Of a DNA stretch of 64,000 bases, positions 11,373-25,231 are shown one piece after another. Both the position numbers and the translations under genes were made by a program. The first letter of the stretch is position 1. Each line of letters opens with the position of its first letter. Under the pieces are notes generated by a model. It saw only the letters and a list, made by a program, of their open reading frames with translations, searched no databases and was not told the origin of the DNA. This DNA comes from Octopus vulgaris. Taxonomy: Eukaryota. The stretch spans positions 22,630,001-22,694,000 of the forward strand of contig OX597816.1 of the NCBI GenBank assembly GCA_951406725.2, written 5' to 3'.

Positions 11373-11773
11373 TTTCTCTCGATTGTCAGAAAGGGAGACA
11401 AATACTGTGTGAAACCAGCAGTAACGAGTTATCTATTACGAAGATGTCTGAAATTATTTATGTACCTGAAGTCAGGTTTTTATATAGTTCCACAAGAAAT
11501 TATCTTACTGAACATGCTACTTAAGTGCGTCCAAATGTAAATGATTTCTTAGGTGATAATATATGAGATAAGTGTTTTATAAGTACTTCACATGGTGCAT
11601 AAAATTGGTATTAACCGGGTAATTTTCACAAAAACCACTGTGCAAAAAATTATTCTAAATTTTGAAACACTTAGTGCTTGCGATATATAAAGTGATCTAT
11701 ACACATATACACACATACAGGCCTACACATATTTACACACAATCGAGATATCTTACCGATACACAGGCGCCTC

Positions 11774-11854
<81 letters not shown>

Positions 11855-12258
11855 CTCCGTATTTATCTACACGCCAAACAAATTTCTGTATCTGAAAATA
11901 ATATACAGGTGCCAGAACGAAGGACTGAATAAATATTCGATTAAGATTAGGAAGAATAAGGTTTTCACTACATTTGTGAGCGTGCACGCAGGCGGGCGTG
12001 TGAGTATAAGAGCAAGTGTAGATGTACATGTGTGTATATATAAACGTACATGTTTGTATATAACTAAATGAATATTTACATATATGTGTATACATGTATA
12101 TGAATATATATCTGTATCTATATCTAAGTGCATTTATGCATATAAATGAATTTATATATGTATATATATATATATATATTTCATATATATATGTCTGTAT
12201 GCATGTATATGAATATATATCTGTGCCTATGTCTAAGTGTATTTATGCTTATAAATGC

Positions 12259-12290
<32 letters not shown>

Positions 12291-12313
12291 ACATACACAC
12301 ATACCTATATATA

Positions 12314-12364
<51 letters not shown>

Positions 12365-12368
12365 GTAC

Positions 12369-12400
<32 letters not shown>

Positions 12401-13071
12401 CATATCCTGTAGATAAATGGGCTTCATATGAGATAATTTCTATTTTCTATTAAAAGGTAATCAGCCATATTGATAGCTTCTATTTTAGAAAGCGCTACAT
12501 ACTCCAGAAGCAATTTAATAGTAAAAGCCAAAATAGCAGCGAAGTGAGGGATGGGGTGAAATACAATGATTGGTGACACATTGTGAGCTATTTGCATGTT
12601 TGCTCGATGCATTTTGGAATAGATAAATATTACTAAAAGAATAAAGAATTTCAAGAACGATTTTGAACGCAAAATTAAGATCTTTGAAAAATGCAATTTA
12701 CATTCAGCCATCTATCATCCCTTCCATACTTCTATGTATGCATATATGAATATAAATACGTTCACAGAACTATACATATACATACATACATACATACATA
12801 CATACATACATACATACATACATACATACGTAAATACATACACACAAATATATATATATACATACACATATTAGTATATATGTGCCGGTGTGTGTGTGTA
12901 TTTTGTGTGCATGAGTGTTTATATATACATATCTATTTATCAATATTTCCCCCCCCTCTCTCTCTCTCTACACACACACACATATATATGATTGATTGAT
13001 TGATTGATTGATTGATTCTAGTTTCAGCTTATGAGCTGTGGCCATGCTGGGGCACCGCCATTTTATATAAG

Positions 13072-13205
<134 letters not shown>

Positions 13206-13214
13206 GTATATATA

Positions 13215-13480
13215 TCTTATATAAAATCCGTTCTGTTTGTCTCTGTGTGTGTCTTCTAGGATTTCGGGCATCTTCCTTCTGACTGCGGTCAAATTTGATA
13301 TGTAGTTACCGACGGTATCAGGGCGTGTATAAGTCTAGAAAGATCGCTGAGAATGCGATCGATAAAGCCGTGGGAACGTGCATTTTTACGCGCAAGTACA
13401 TCAGCACCGTCCATTGCGCGGGAGGCATTTTGCTCGTATATATATAAAAGTAATCAAGCAACGCCGGGTTCAGTTACTAG
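13215..13480 (+). mobile_element. Non-autonomous Helitron (family 2)
   Basis: Begins A|TCTTATATAAAA and ends GCAACGCCGGGTTCAGTTACTAG|T; no TSD. Confidence 0.75.
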
Positions 13481-13778
13481 TTAATATGTAACTGTCAGAT
13501 GAATGACCGCTTGAGGGTTTGTAGTTGTTATAATTGAGTATTCATTTTCACTAAAAGAGAAAACACACATATATACACATAAATACACACGTAAATACAC
13601 ACACAAATCACAGACACACAGACACAGACAAATACACACATAAGAAACAAGTTTAAAATAATGGTCATTACATACTTTTTCCTTTTTCGGGCAAATTTGA
13701 CTTACAACTGTTTCCAGTTATCATTATAGGTACGTTGCTGATAAGTTTCCTCAAATGGTCTATCACTGAATTGAGGGG

Positions 13779-13807
<29 letters not shown>

Positions 13808-13809
<2 letters not shown>

Positions 13810-15101
13810 CGAGGGGCGTTCAATAAGTAATGCCCCTGACCCACTTCCCATAGCAGTAGAGCAACGAAACTTGGCACAGTTATTAGACTTTTTCTACATA
13901 GGAACCACCCAGAGTTACGCATTTCTCCCATCGTTTGATGCGGCTCTGGAGACCGTTTTTGTAGAAGAACCCAGCTTGGTCCTTCAACCTCAACGTGACT
14001 TCAGAAATCAAGGCTGCATCATCTGGGAAACGCTTTCCTTTCAAAAACAACTTCATGATTGGGAAGAGGTGAAAATCAGAGGGTGCAAGGTCAGGAAAGT
14101 AGGGGGGATGGGGAGGATTTCATAGCCATACGCCTGTGCTTCTGATCTGGCGACAAGCGAGTTGTGGACCGGAGCGTTGTCCTGCAGGAGGAGGATGCCT
14201 TTGCTGATCTTGCCCCGCCTCTTGATTTTGATAACTTCTCTTAATTTCCTCAAAAGTGAAGCATAATAGGCTCCTGCAATTGTGGTACCCTTTGCCAGGA
14301 AATCTGTCATCACTATTCCGTCCTGGTCCCAGAAGACTGTGAGCATGACCTTGCCAGCGGAGGGCTGCACCCTTGCCTTCTTTGGAAGGGTGAGTCACGG
14401 TGCTTCCACTGCATTGACTGGGCTTTGGTCTCTGGATCATCGTGATGGACCCAGGTTTCATCCTGTGTAATCAGTCTTTTGAAAAATTTTGACTCATCTT
14501 CTTGGCACAATTCCAAATTCACCCTCGAGCACTCGACACGTTCTTGCTTCTGGAAAGGCGTGAGCAATCTGGGAATCCATCTGGCAGACACCTTTTGCAT
14601 ATGCAAATGGTCATGAATGATAGTTTTTGCAGACCCGGTACTAATCTTGACCTCATGGGCTATTTGGCGAATAATTATGCGTTGATCTTCCAAAATGGCA
14701 GCCTCAACTTGACGGACAGATGCCTCATCAATGGCAGAAGGGGGCGACCAGATCTGGGAGCTGTTTCCACAGAGTTCCGACCATGTTTGAATTCACGATG
14801 CCAGCGTTTTACAAGGTCATATGATGGGGCATCATCACCATAAGTTACTTTCATTTCATCAAAAGTCTCCCGTGGTGTGCGTCCTTTCAAATACAAAAAC
14901 CGGATCACTGCTTGACACTCAACAGGCTCCATTTCACACTTGACTCGGTTCAAACACCTGTAAATCAGAAACCACAATTAATTCAGAGCTGTAATTTGCC
15001 ACTTACTCTATAGAGATATAAATAATTGCACATGCACAATTTCAGCTAGGTCAAACAACTGCAAGTGGGTCAGAGGCATTACTTATTGAACGTCCCTCGT
15101 A
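13808..15101 (-). mobile_element. Full-length mariner (Tc1/mariner) DNA transposon, ~1.29 kb
   Basis: TIRs TACGAGGGGCGTTCAATAAGTAATGCCCCTGACCCACTT / AAGTGGGTCAGAGGCATTACTTATTGAACGTCCCTCGTA, inserted in a (TA)n run. Confidence 0.96.
13883..14932 (-). pseudogene. Mariner transposase (DD34D type), frameshifted
   Basis: ORF pieces carry an HTH region (VIRFLYLKG..VKRWHREFKHGR..RSGRP), WIPRLL, ITQDETWVHH.DPE, KVMLTVFWD, LLQDNAPVH and, in another frame, PPYFPDLAPSDF. At least three frameshifts. Confidence 0.93.
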
Positions 15102-16414
15102 TATGTATGAAAGTGCTTTTTGTACATGTGTGTGATGTATACAAAGAGCTGAAATTAGAAATAATCTTGTGGTGTCATTTGAATTAAACTATATATACCA
15201 ACATATATGAATATGTGTGTATGTGCTTGTGTGTGTGTGTGTGTATATGCCTACATATACTATTATATATACCTATATATATATATGTATATATGTGTGT
15301 GCACGCGCGGTGTGTATGTATGCATCTGTATGTGTGTGTATATGTATGAGTTTGTAGACATAAATTATGTACCTTCCTATATGTACAGGTGTTCAGATTC
15401 ATAAACAAAAACATCTAAACTAATAAGGAGTTCACTGATTAGATGATAATATATACGATTCAAAACCTTTTTTCTTTTTTTGTTTCGTGATGGAAAAGTA
15501 TACATACAAGTACATTCCATATAAAATTTGCAAGTTACATCTATTAGTTAAAATAGTGTTACTGAAAACCTTGTTTTCCTAAGGTTCATTCTCTTCCTTT
15601 CACTCGCTCTCTCTCCCCCTCTCTCGCTTATATTTCTCCCTCTGAAGATCATTATATGTTTCTCTCTCAGTGACACATTAATAATCCTTTCTACGTTGTC
15701 TTCGTCTATCTGATTCTATCGATACTTATTCATTGAAATATAATGTGTAGTCGTTCGCAGGTGTTTGTCTTTTCAACTTTGAATTGTGTCTTTCTAAATA
15801 GTTTGTATGTTTATAATATATCGCTGTACGGCATAATTAAAACTTAAAGAAGCACAAGCTCAGTGTATACAACGCAAACAGCTGATAAAACAAATGAATT
15901 AGCAATAAGTTTGAAGACAGAAGACAGAATGAAATGCTTAGCAAGGCGGCAGCCATATATCACAGTGATATACTATGATACTAGATACTCAGCAGACCTC
16001 ATTTGCAGCCATTTCAGCTCAATAAAAGGCGAATTTAATGGAGTAAGGTACAAAGACAAATAAAAGACATCAAGTGAAGAATTTAACAAATGACAAGTCT
16101 GAAAATTATTGTCATTATTACAGATATTTCTTCTTTACAATATTGACGACACAATACTTTCAGTCTTTAATAATTGAAACATTTGCCTCCGGTGCTTGCA
16201 CTAATTTATAGAGCCGTATTTTATTTCAAAGAAACCATTTTCAAATATAGAAAGTGAATATCTCAGGAGGTTTTCTAAGCTGGCTTATGGAAAAATTTGA
16301 ATGCAATAAAAATGTTAAGCCAACAATGCAAATAAATCAGCTTTAGCAGCATAAATTTATGAAATAAAACTGCAAACGATGTGCTGCAGTCTGGAATTGT
16401 TGGTGTATGTAATG

Positions 16415-16555
16415 CGGTTTTGAAAAGAGACCGATAGAATAAGAACTCGGCTTACAAAGAATAAGTCCTGGGGTCAATTTGCGCGACTGAAGACGGTGTT
16501 CCAGCATGACCACAGTCAACTAACTGAAGCAAGTAAGAGAGTAAAGAGTAAAAGA
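16415..16555 (+). mobile_element. SINE family B 3' fragment
   Basis: GAGACCGATAGAATAAG...(GTAAAAGA)n tail. Confidence 0.8.
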
Positions 16556-16808
16556 CTACTCCAACACAGAATCAATAACGAGACTAACGCTCTCATAGTT
16601 CGACCTGAACTCTCTACTGGTTCATTCCATTCATAAGACTCGTCTAGTCCACTGACAGTCATGTGCGGGGAAGTTAGTTCACTTCACAATAAAGTTATAA
16701 AATTACATTGCAAAATCTACACAAAAATTTATATTGTATTTCTGACATACGTTTCGGTTTTTTGTTTCATGATAGTTTATGACGAGATTTGAACTTTAGG
16801 CATAGTTG

Positions 16809-17230
16809 TAAAGGATAAATTGCTGACACTATTTCGTTGCTAGAGAAAGAGATGAAAACTAATTTTTCAAGTACAGCTCTATGCTTCAATGTTTTAACAT
16901 ATACATTAGACTCTCAAATAAAAGAGTACACATGTAATCACCTTGGTCACCTCGGTCACCTTGATCACCTTGACCGACCAGTCTGTCGGGCGTCCATTTG
17001 ACACCGATGGTCACAGCGCGCTGTCCACTCCTCTCTAAATCGCGCTTTTCTCATCCACGTGATCCCAAATGGACGCCCGACGGACTGGTCGGTCAAGGTG
17101 ATTACATGTGTTCACTTATATTTGAGATCCTAATACATATGTAAACACAGTGAAGCATAGAGCTGTACTTCAAATATAAGTTTTCACCTCTTTGTCTAGC
17201 AACGAAATAGTCTCAGCAATTTATCCTTTA
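16809..17230. mobile_element. Foldback/MITE-like element with long imperfect inverted arms
   Basis: 16809-~17000 is the reverse complement of ~17065-17230 (TAAAGGATAAATTGCTGA..TCAGCAATTTATCCTTTA; TTGACCGACCAGTC..GACTGGTCGGTCAA), with a ~65-bp spacer. Confidence 0.85.
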
Positions 17231-18040
17231 GACTCTCAAAAATGATTTGTCAAAATTAAATCTACATGGGTAACGGGAGGAATGCTTTCAAATTTGGACA
17301 AATACACTTGTGCTAAGAACCAGATATGTCTGTCTCAAATAATATGCAAGTTTATGAAAACAAGTAGTCAACATTTAGCGCTACTATTTGCATATCATTA
17401 TGTTCCAAGGTTACGGATTGTTCAAAATCAGTCTCTAAAATCAATGTCCGAACGTGCAATTTTTTCCAAGTCCATCATGATGTTGGCATATTTCTAGAAA
17501 TTCTACAAAATGTTTGATTTTCTTGATGAAAGGTGTAGAAACACATTCTAAATGCTGCACTAAGTGGGTCCTAATTCAAAGCTAGTGTGGTTTATTGAAT
17601 GCTATTATAGTGATATTTGAAAGCTTGTGTAAACCTTTAGCAGTAATCTTGTGTTGTTTTCAGATACATTGAGAATGGGCAATGGACTCTCAAATTGATT
17701 AACGGAAGACTTAATATATTACTTTGCTCAGTTTGTGATAATATTTTCATTGCTGTAAGCTTTGTTACGTAAGAAAATGAATAGTACTCGCGTGATATTA
17801 CACTGAAATAACCAATGAAAAACGAAGTAACTTGAGGATAAGAGTAGATTACGTTGGTAACATCTGTAAGAAGTTTGAAGAAAGCTTTAAGAGAAATAAT
17901 CAGAATGAAACAAAATACGGTCCTTTTCATGAAGAAAGAAAGATTATTCTTTTCTAATATAAACAGAAATACTGGAACATAAAGAAAATAGGAGTGTCTC
18001 GAAAATTTGTGAAATGCTTTAATCAGGTTTTTATAACTTA

Positions 18041-18420
18041 CTAGCAGTATCACCCGGCGTTGCTCGGGTTTGTTACTACCCTTTAGAATTGGAATTTTTG
18101 AAAAGTAAAAATTTTGCATTATGTAGCTTGTTATTCTCTTTAAGTGAACATTTTTTTGGTTGAAATACACCGAAAAATGGCGTCACAGCAGACAAAAGAT
18201 CGTAAAAAATAGGGATTTTCATGAAAAAAAAGTACCTTTTTGATGTAAATAATTTTTGGTGTTAACATGGTCCGATTTGAATTTTTTTCTTCTACGGAAG
18301 GAGGAGCAAGCCTTCTTCTATCATACTCTCAATTTGGCTCAACTAGCGGAGGAGATAGTGTTTGTTGAAGGCTACCAAACCTGCCACACACAGACAACTT
18401 CAGCTTTATATATAGAGAGA
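18041..18420 (-). mobile_element. Non-autonomous Helitron (family 1)
   Basis: Minus strand: A|TCTCTCTATATATAAAG ... hairpin CCCGAGCAACGCCGGG ... CTAG|T. Second copy at 46344. Confidence 0.88.
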
Positions 18421-18837
18421 TTAATAAAACTACGAAGTGCTGTTGCTAAGTATCCACGAGAAATTTCAGGTAATGATTATAACATCGATATTTAAAAGCG
18501 ATACATTGATATCAGTGGAATATATGATTAAGAAATTTTCCGGGAAGAAATCATATTTTGTTGTTTATCTTTGATTATACATTTTCAGAATGAAGACAAA
18601 CTAATATTTACTGAACGGTCGAATTTGGTGCACTCATGTTTAAGAATTCCTGGAGGAAATCGTGTCCTTTGCTGGAGTGGGCACAGTGTTCAAAACTATA
18701 ATCAGTTTTCGAAAAAATATTGGAATCGTCTTAATATTTACATAAAGAGAAAAGCATTAATTTTTTTTAAATACTGCGTCGATATTTAAGTTATCTAAGA
18801 ATTTATTCAATATCTACGGTTGTTTTTATGGGCGCCC

Positions 18838-19043
18838 TACAGCCGCCCATGCATAGCAGCTTCCAACCTCTCCACACAAATGATGTTGTCTGAGGGAGGC
18901 AAAGGCCGATACAGTTTGGCACCAGTGACGTCGCAACTCATTTCCACAACTGAATGAACTGGAGCAACGAAAAGAAAATGTTTTGCTCAACACGCAGCCC
19001 GATCGTGAGCTCGACACTCTAAACACTGAGCCATACGCCTTCA
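18838..19043 (-). mobile_element. SINE family D, partly deleted
   Basis: Head GTGAAGGCGTATGGCTCAGTG; body matches 25232-25580. Confidence 0.8.
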
Positions 19044-19220
19044 CATATGTATACACACGACCCCCCCCCCACACACATATAATAATATATACATATATAC
19101 ATGCATTTGAATATATATGTTTGTGTGTGAGTATTCGTGTATGTGGGTGTATATTTGCATGAGTGTGTCTTTGAGTATGTATAAAAATATGTATATACAT
19201 ATAGTATATATACATATATA

Positions 19221-19294
<74 letters not shown>

Positions 19295-20081
19295 GTGTGT
19301 GTGTGAGTGTGTATGTATATACACAGACACACATATCGGTTGATGGGTGCATGAATATTTATGTCTGTGTATGTATGTGTGTATGTATGTGTATGCATCT
19401 ATGTATGTGTGAATGTATGTATGTATGTATGTAAGTATGTGTATATGTATGCCTTTATGTTTTTACATATAATAAAAAAAATATTCACTTTCTGTAATTG
19501 AATATAATTAACAATTCCACGAAATGTTTGGCAAAAATAATAATCGTGTAAGTGAAGTTTTAACAGTGCATAAGAAGTGGATTGTCACGATTCCTATCGA
19601 TTCTAAGACATTAGAAGACAAAATACGATGCTGTTGTTGTCAGCAGTAGACATGTTTCGTTAAACTCCAACCGATATTGTTAGATGAAACCCGAACGCAT
19701 CCTGAATTGAACGTGAAAAATACTATATTCAAATCGAAAATAAAACTTGATGCAAATCACCAAAGATCTTTATTATAAACAGAAGATAAACGATGATTAC
19801 GACTACAACCAAGAATAATAATGACACGCCGTTAAATAAATGAATAAAAATGTAAGATATCACCAGGAGAAATAATAGCAATTGTAAAAACGAGATGGCT
19901 TTTAGGAATGAAAGTTCGTTTTCGTGATTACTGTATTGATTTCGACTATGTTATATATACAATTTGTTTTTAAATTTTAAACAAAATTACAGCATACATC
20001 AGCTTATTCTAAGCAGTTTATTGCAAGTGATTATATCATGCTGATATTCATGGGGTCATTACTGTTATTGCATCTTACGAT

Positions 20082-20500
20082 GGCGACGAGCTGGTAGTGT
20101 CATTGGTGCGTCGAACAAAACGCTTAGCAGCATTTCTTCCAGCTGTTTTCGAGCTAAGCTCAAATCCCGCCTTAGTCAGCTTTGCCTTTCATCTCTTTGG
20201 CGTCAATAAAATAAAGTACCATTCAAGTAACCGTATCGATGTAATCGATCTGCCTCCTTTCAGAGATGCTGATATTGTACCAAGGTGGCGAGCTGGCAGA
20301 AACGTTAGCACGCCGGGCTTAAATGCGTAGCCGTATTTCGTCTGCCGTTACGTTCTGAGTTCAAATCCCGCCGAGGATGACTTTCGGGGACGATAAATTA
20401 AGTGCCAGTTACGCATTGGGGTCGATATAATCGGCTTAATCCGTTTGTCTGTCCTTGTTTGTCTCTTCTGTGTTTAGTCCCTTGTGGGTAGTAAAGAAAT
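20082..20500 (+). mobile_element. Old SINE-A (20082-20282) with a younger SINE-A (20283-20500) inserted in its tail
   Basis: Two consecutive GGCGAGCTGG heads; approximate TSD ATATTGTACCA/ATTTTGTGCCA. Confidence 0.8.
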
Positions 20501-20694
20501 AGATTTTGTGCCAGTGATCCATACCATTACTACCACTGATATATGCGGAGGGTCTTAAGGCATTTTTCTACTTCGATTAACTCAACCTTGTTCGTATCTA
20601 ACCACATCCTATTTCTTTCACAAGTGGAAAGGGATTCGAAGAGGCAGGGATCGAAATACTTGTGATTATCAATACTGAAATTATCAACAGTTAT

Positions 20695-20895
20695 TCTTTT
20701 ATCTTTTTATTTGTTTCAGTCATTTGAATGTGGCCATGCTGAAGCATCGCCTTTAATCGAGCAAATCGACCTCAGGACTTATTCTTTGTAAACCTAGTAC
20801 TTATTCTATCGCTTTCTCTTGCCAAACCACTAATTAACGGGGACGTAAACACACCAGCATCGGTTGTCAAGCGATGTTGGTGGTGACAAACATAG
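20695..20895 (-). mobile_element. SINE family B 3' half
   Basis: TTGTTTCAGTCATTTGA...CACCAGCATCGGTTGTCAAGCGATG, running into CA/TA repeats. Confidence 0.85.
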
Positions 20896-20920
20896 TCACA
20901 CAAACATACACGCACGCACA

Positions 20921-20965
<45 letters not shown>

Positions 20966-21015
20966 GTATATATACATACATACATACTTACATACTTATA
21001 TACATACATGCATAC

Positions 21016-21052
<37 letters not shown>

Positions 21053-21114
21053 ATTATGTGAGTGTGTGTATAAATGTGTGCGTGTTTATATGAGTGTGTT
21101 TGTGGATATGTATG

Positions 21115-21154
<40 letters not shown>

Positions 21155-21829
21155 CGTTTGGGCTTGTGCGTCGTGAGAATATATATATAATACACACATA
21201 CACACACATATACACATATATACTCACGACGCACAAGCCCAAAAGCACAGGCACATACATATATGCCTAAAGAGATAGACAGACAGATCGATCGATAGAT
21301 AGCTAGATAGATACATATATACATACATAAATAGATAGATAGGTAGATAAATAGATAGATAGATAGACAGCAGACGTTCAAAATGCAGTAATACAAAATA
21401 TAAAATACCAGTCAAATCAAATACTCTAACGAATCTGACGCCATATTGGATAGAGTTAAATTTCTCTATACAGCGTCATTATTGAGGAACTGCCCCAGGT
21501 TTTTTTTCCCCAAAACTGATGCAATAAGCAAACACTACATTCCCTGCAACAGTACGTAATCTTGTTATTCTTCACAACTGTACGTTCGCTTGTTTTAAAA
21601 TGGCAATTTGATATTGAGGAACGCAAATTTATATTTACAACTCACAAACCTATATAAGTATATATAAACATATACGTATGCGTTTTCTGGGTATGCTAAT
21701 GCGTATGATTCAGGTGTCTGGTTTTGGCAAAACGTGTCTATATTTATATAAGGAATTTGGTTGAATTCCGTAACTGATTGCGAAATTTTTCACTGCATTA
21801 GATGCATGAATTAAGGTTATATTTCATAC

Positions 21830-22037
21830 TCATTTATATATATATTTATATATAGATGTACAGGTATACATATACATAAATGTATGTATACATAGATGTG
21901 TGCGTATATCTGTGTACATTCGTATGTGTGTATATGTGTGTATATATATATATGTATATATACACACATGTACGCGTATATATATATATGATAATATATG
22001 GATATATATATATATACATATATCATATTTATATATG

Positions 22038-22118
<81 letters not shown>

Positions 22119-22160
22119 TATATATATACATATGTATATATATTTATATATATATATATG
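21830..22160. repeat. Complex (TA)/(TG) low-complexity tract
   Basis: Read directly. Confidence 0.9.
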
Positions 22161-22609
22161 GAATATATGAAATATTGATATTAATTGGCTTTGTACTATA
22201 AATTTTCTAGCGTAAGGCGGAAAATAATTACAAAAATCTTTTGATTATTAAACTTATAGGCTTCCTTTTGATGTGAAATGAAACTTTGACGAATCTTCTT
22301 GATATAAATTATGAAAATTCTTTTGATATTTCTTTCGTCTGAGTGATTCTTGTTAACTTTATAAATGGCATATATTAAGAGTTGTTGAGAGAAAAACGAA
22401 AGCGATCGATGACGAGAGAATTCTTTTTAAAAAATGTAAGTATTCGCAAACAATTCGCCATCATTAATGGTCTTTAGTTAGCAATGGTTCTATGGTCGCG
22501 GTCCATATAACGTAGTTACTGTATGCATATGTACCTTTGTATACGTATATATGTGTGATTGTCTGTGTCTGAGTGTGTACATACATGCATACATACAAAC
22601 ATACAGAGA

Positions 22610-22651
22610 TACACACACACACACATACACACACACACGCACATACACACA

Positions 22652-22687
<36 letters not shown>

Positions 22688-22755
22688 TATATATATATTT
22701 ACAAGGATAGACAGACAGACAGACAGAAAGTTAGAAAAATAGACAGGTAGATAGA

Positions 22756-22792
<37 letters not shown>

Positions 22793-22828
22793 GGACAGGC
22801 AGGCAGACAGAAAGACAGACAGACAGAC

Positions 22829-22896
<68 letters not shown>
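22610..22896. repeat. (CA)n, (GACA)n and (GATA)n compound microsatellite
   Basis: Read directly. Confidence 0.93.
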
Positions 22897-23124
22897 GTAC
22901 ATATGTACGTGTGTGTGCGTATAAAATATTATTACGATTCAAACGCATGCACGTACGCACGCAGAAAACATGCGCGCACTCACGCATACACACACACACA
23001 CACGTATACATTCATATGCACATACACAAGCACACAAATGAATGGTATGTTTCTTTGTGCTTACATAACATGCACACGGAATGAGGAATTAAAAACTAAC
23101 GAAAAATAGGAGAAAAAGAATAAA

Positions 23125-23265
23125 ATGAGGAGGAGGAGGAGGAGGAGGAGGTGGAGGAGGAAGGGAAGAGGAGGGAAGAAGGAGGAAGTGGAGGAGAAGT
23201 TGAAGAAGGAGAAGTTGAAGAAGAACAAGAAGAAGAACAACAACAGCAAGAAGAACAAGAACAAG
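23125..23265. repeat. (GAG)/(GAA)/(CAA) trinucleotide tract
   Basis: Read directly. Confidence 0.9.
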
Positions 23266-23906
23266 AATTCCATTTTATGAAACATTTTTGCAAAACAACA
23301 AGGGTGATATACAGAAATTTAGTGTATTGTGCTTACTGACTTTTCTTGTGATGAATTCCACTGAAAATCTCCTGGAATATGGGGAGTAAAAGAAAGAATT
23401 TCCGATACTTTGTTTACTTGCATTTTACCATTAGTATTAATAGAAGGACCGTTTTGCAGTCCTTTAATAAAGCTTTGCACGTGTAATGAATAAATGTTCT
23501 TCGACATTTTGATGTATTTATAAATCCTTCTAATATTTGCAACATTCCACGTCTTTATATAATACATTTATTACATTCAAAATTCTTTGAATTGAAATGT
23601 GCCTTATTATGAAACCGGGCTCCTCATTTCAAAACATGAATGGGCTTTAATTAGATCATTTATGAAATATCCTAAGGATTACAAAAGAGACCAACATTTA
23701 AAGAATGATAGATTTTTCCAAATTGCACTGGATCTACATAACTGAAGCTACTCCGCCTCCAGAAAATTTTAGAAGGTCCTGCATTCATTTATAAAGAAAA
23801 TTCCAAGCACCTATCTGCCATAAATCAGAGCAAATTACAAGTGAAGCTTCTATAAAACATCCTCAGATGAAATGCTTTCAAAATCTTGTCATAATTAGAT
23901 AAATTA

Positions 23907-24600
23907 TACACGCCGGGCGAAATGCGTGGCCGTATTTCGTCTGCTGTTACGTTCTAAGTTTAAATTCGACCGAGATCGACTTTCCCTTTCATCCACTTGG
24001 GTCGATATAATCCGTTTGTCTGTCCTTGTTTGTCCTCTCTGTATTTAGCCCCTTGTCTGCCGTTACGTTCTGAGTTCAAATTCCGCCGAGGTCGACTTTG
24101 CCTTTCATCCTTTCGGGGCCGATAAATTAAGTACCAGTTACGCCTTGGGTCGATGTAATCGACTTAATCCGTTCATCTGTCCTTGTTTGTCCTCTCTGTG
24201 TTTAACCCCTTGAGGGTAGCAAAGAAATAGGTATTGCGTCTGCCGCTACGTTCTGAGTTCAAATTCCACCGAGGTCGACTTTGCCTTTCATCCTTTCGGG
24301 GTCGATAAGTTAAGTACCAGTTACGCACTTAATCCGTCTGTCTGTCCTTGTTTGTCCCCTCTGTGTTTAGCTCTTTGTGGGCAATAATGAAATTTAAAAA
24401 ATCCTTAGCGTGCCGGGCAAAATCCTTAGCGGCATTTCGTCCGTCCTTACATTCTGAATTCAAATTCTGGGTCTGCCGAAGTGGACTTTGCCTTTCATCC
24501 TTTCTGGATCGATAAAGTAAGTACCAGTTGAACTAAGGGGACGCTGTAATTGACTTATCTCAACCTCAAAATTGCCAACCCTGTGCCAACATATGAAACT
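23907..24600 (+). mobile_element. SINE family A trimer (23907-24392) plus an older copy (24405-24600)
   Basis: Repeated TCTGCCGTTACGTTCTGAGTTCAAATTCC units; junction AAAGAAATAGG-TATTGCGTC at ~24230. Confidence 0.88.
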
Positions 24601-24943
24601 AATATACGAACTACGTTTAAGGTTGCGTGCTGGCATAACCTCAAGTGCGTCTGACAAAATGCTTAATGGCAATTCTTCCGACTCTTTATTTTCTGAGTTC
24701 ATATGCCGAATGCTCTGATCCTGCTGTTATTCATTAGAAGTCGATAAAATAAAATATAATCAGGTGCTGGAGCATGTCTCATAAAGAAAACCCATCCTCT
24801 TAAAATTACATATCTTGGGATAATAATTTAAAACAATGCTTTAATCAAATGCTGTTGCGAAACAGCTTCAAGCGCAAGATTTAATGCATTTCATTACCAA
24901 CCTAATCCTCACAACGCAGCAGAAATAAAGAATCTTCTGTCCC

Positions 24944-25161
24944 GTACGAGTGGGTGCTGAAAAATTCTTGGCCTTAAGGGTCTGGCGAAAGGCCTCGCTG
25001 GAGGCCTGACTTTCAAATTCTTTAACTAGGCTCAGAAAAACTGAAGGACCGCTGCAATAAGTGTGCGAATATGAGAGGAGAATATGGTCAATAAAATTAT
25101 AATCAACTGATCCTCCAGTATTTTCTTTTACACAAAGCCAGGAACTTTTCAGCAACCCCTA

Positions 25162-25162
<1 letters not shown>
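24944..25162 (+). mobile_element. Mariner-derived MITE, copy 2
   Basis: TACGAGTGGGTGCTGAAAAATTC ... GGAACTTTTCAGCAACCCCTA; interior matches 8810-9030. Confidence 0.8.
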
Positions 25163-25219
<57 letters not shown>

Positions 25220-25231
25220 CTGTCTGTGTAG

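Noticed and set aside
23096-23339. Poly-Glu, poly-Ser or poly-Leu ORFs
   Set aside because: Trinucleotide repeat tract with no domain or splice context.
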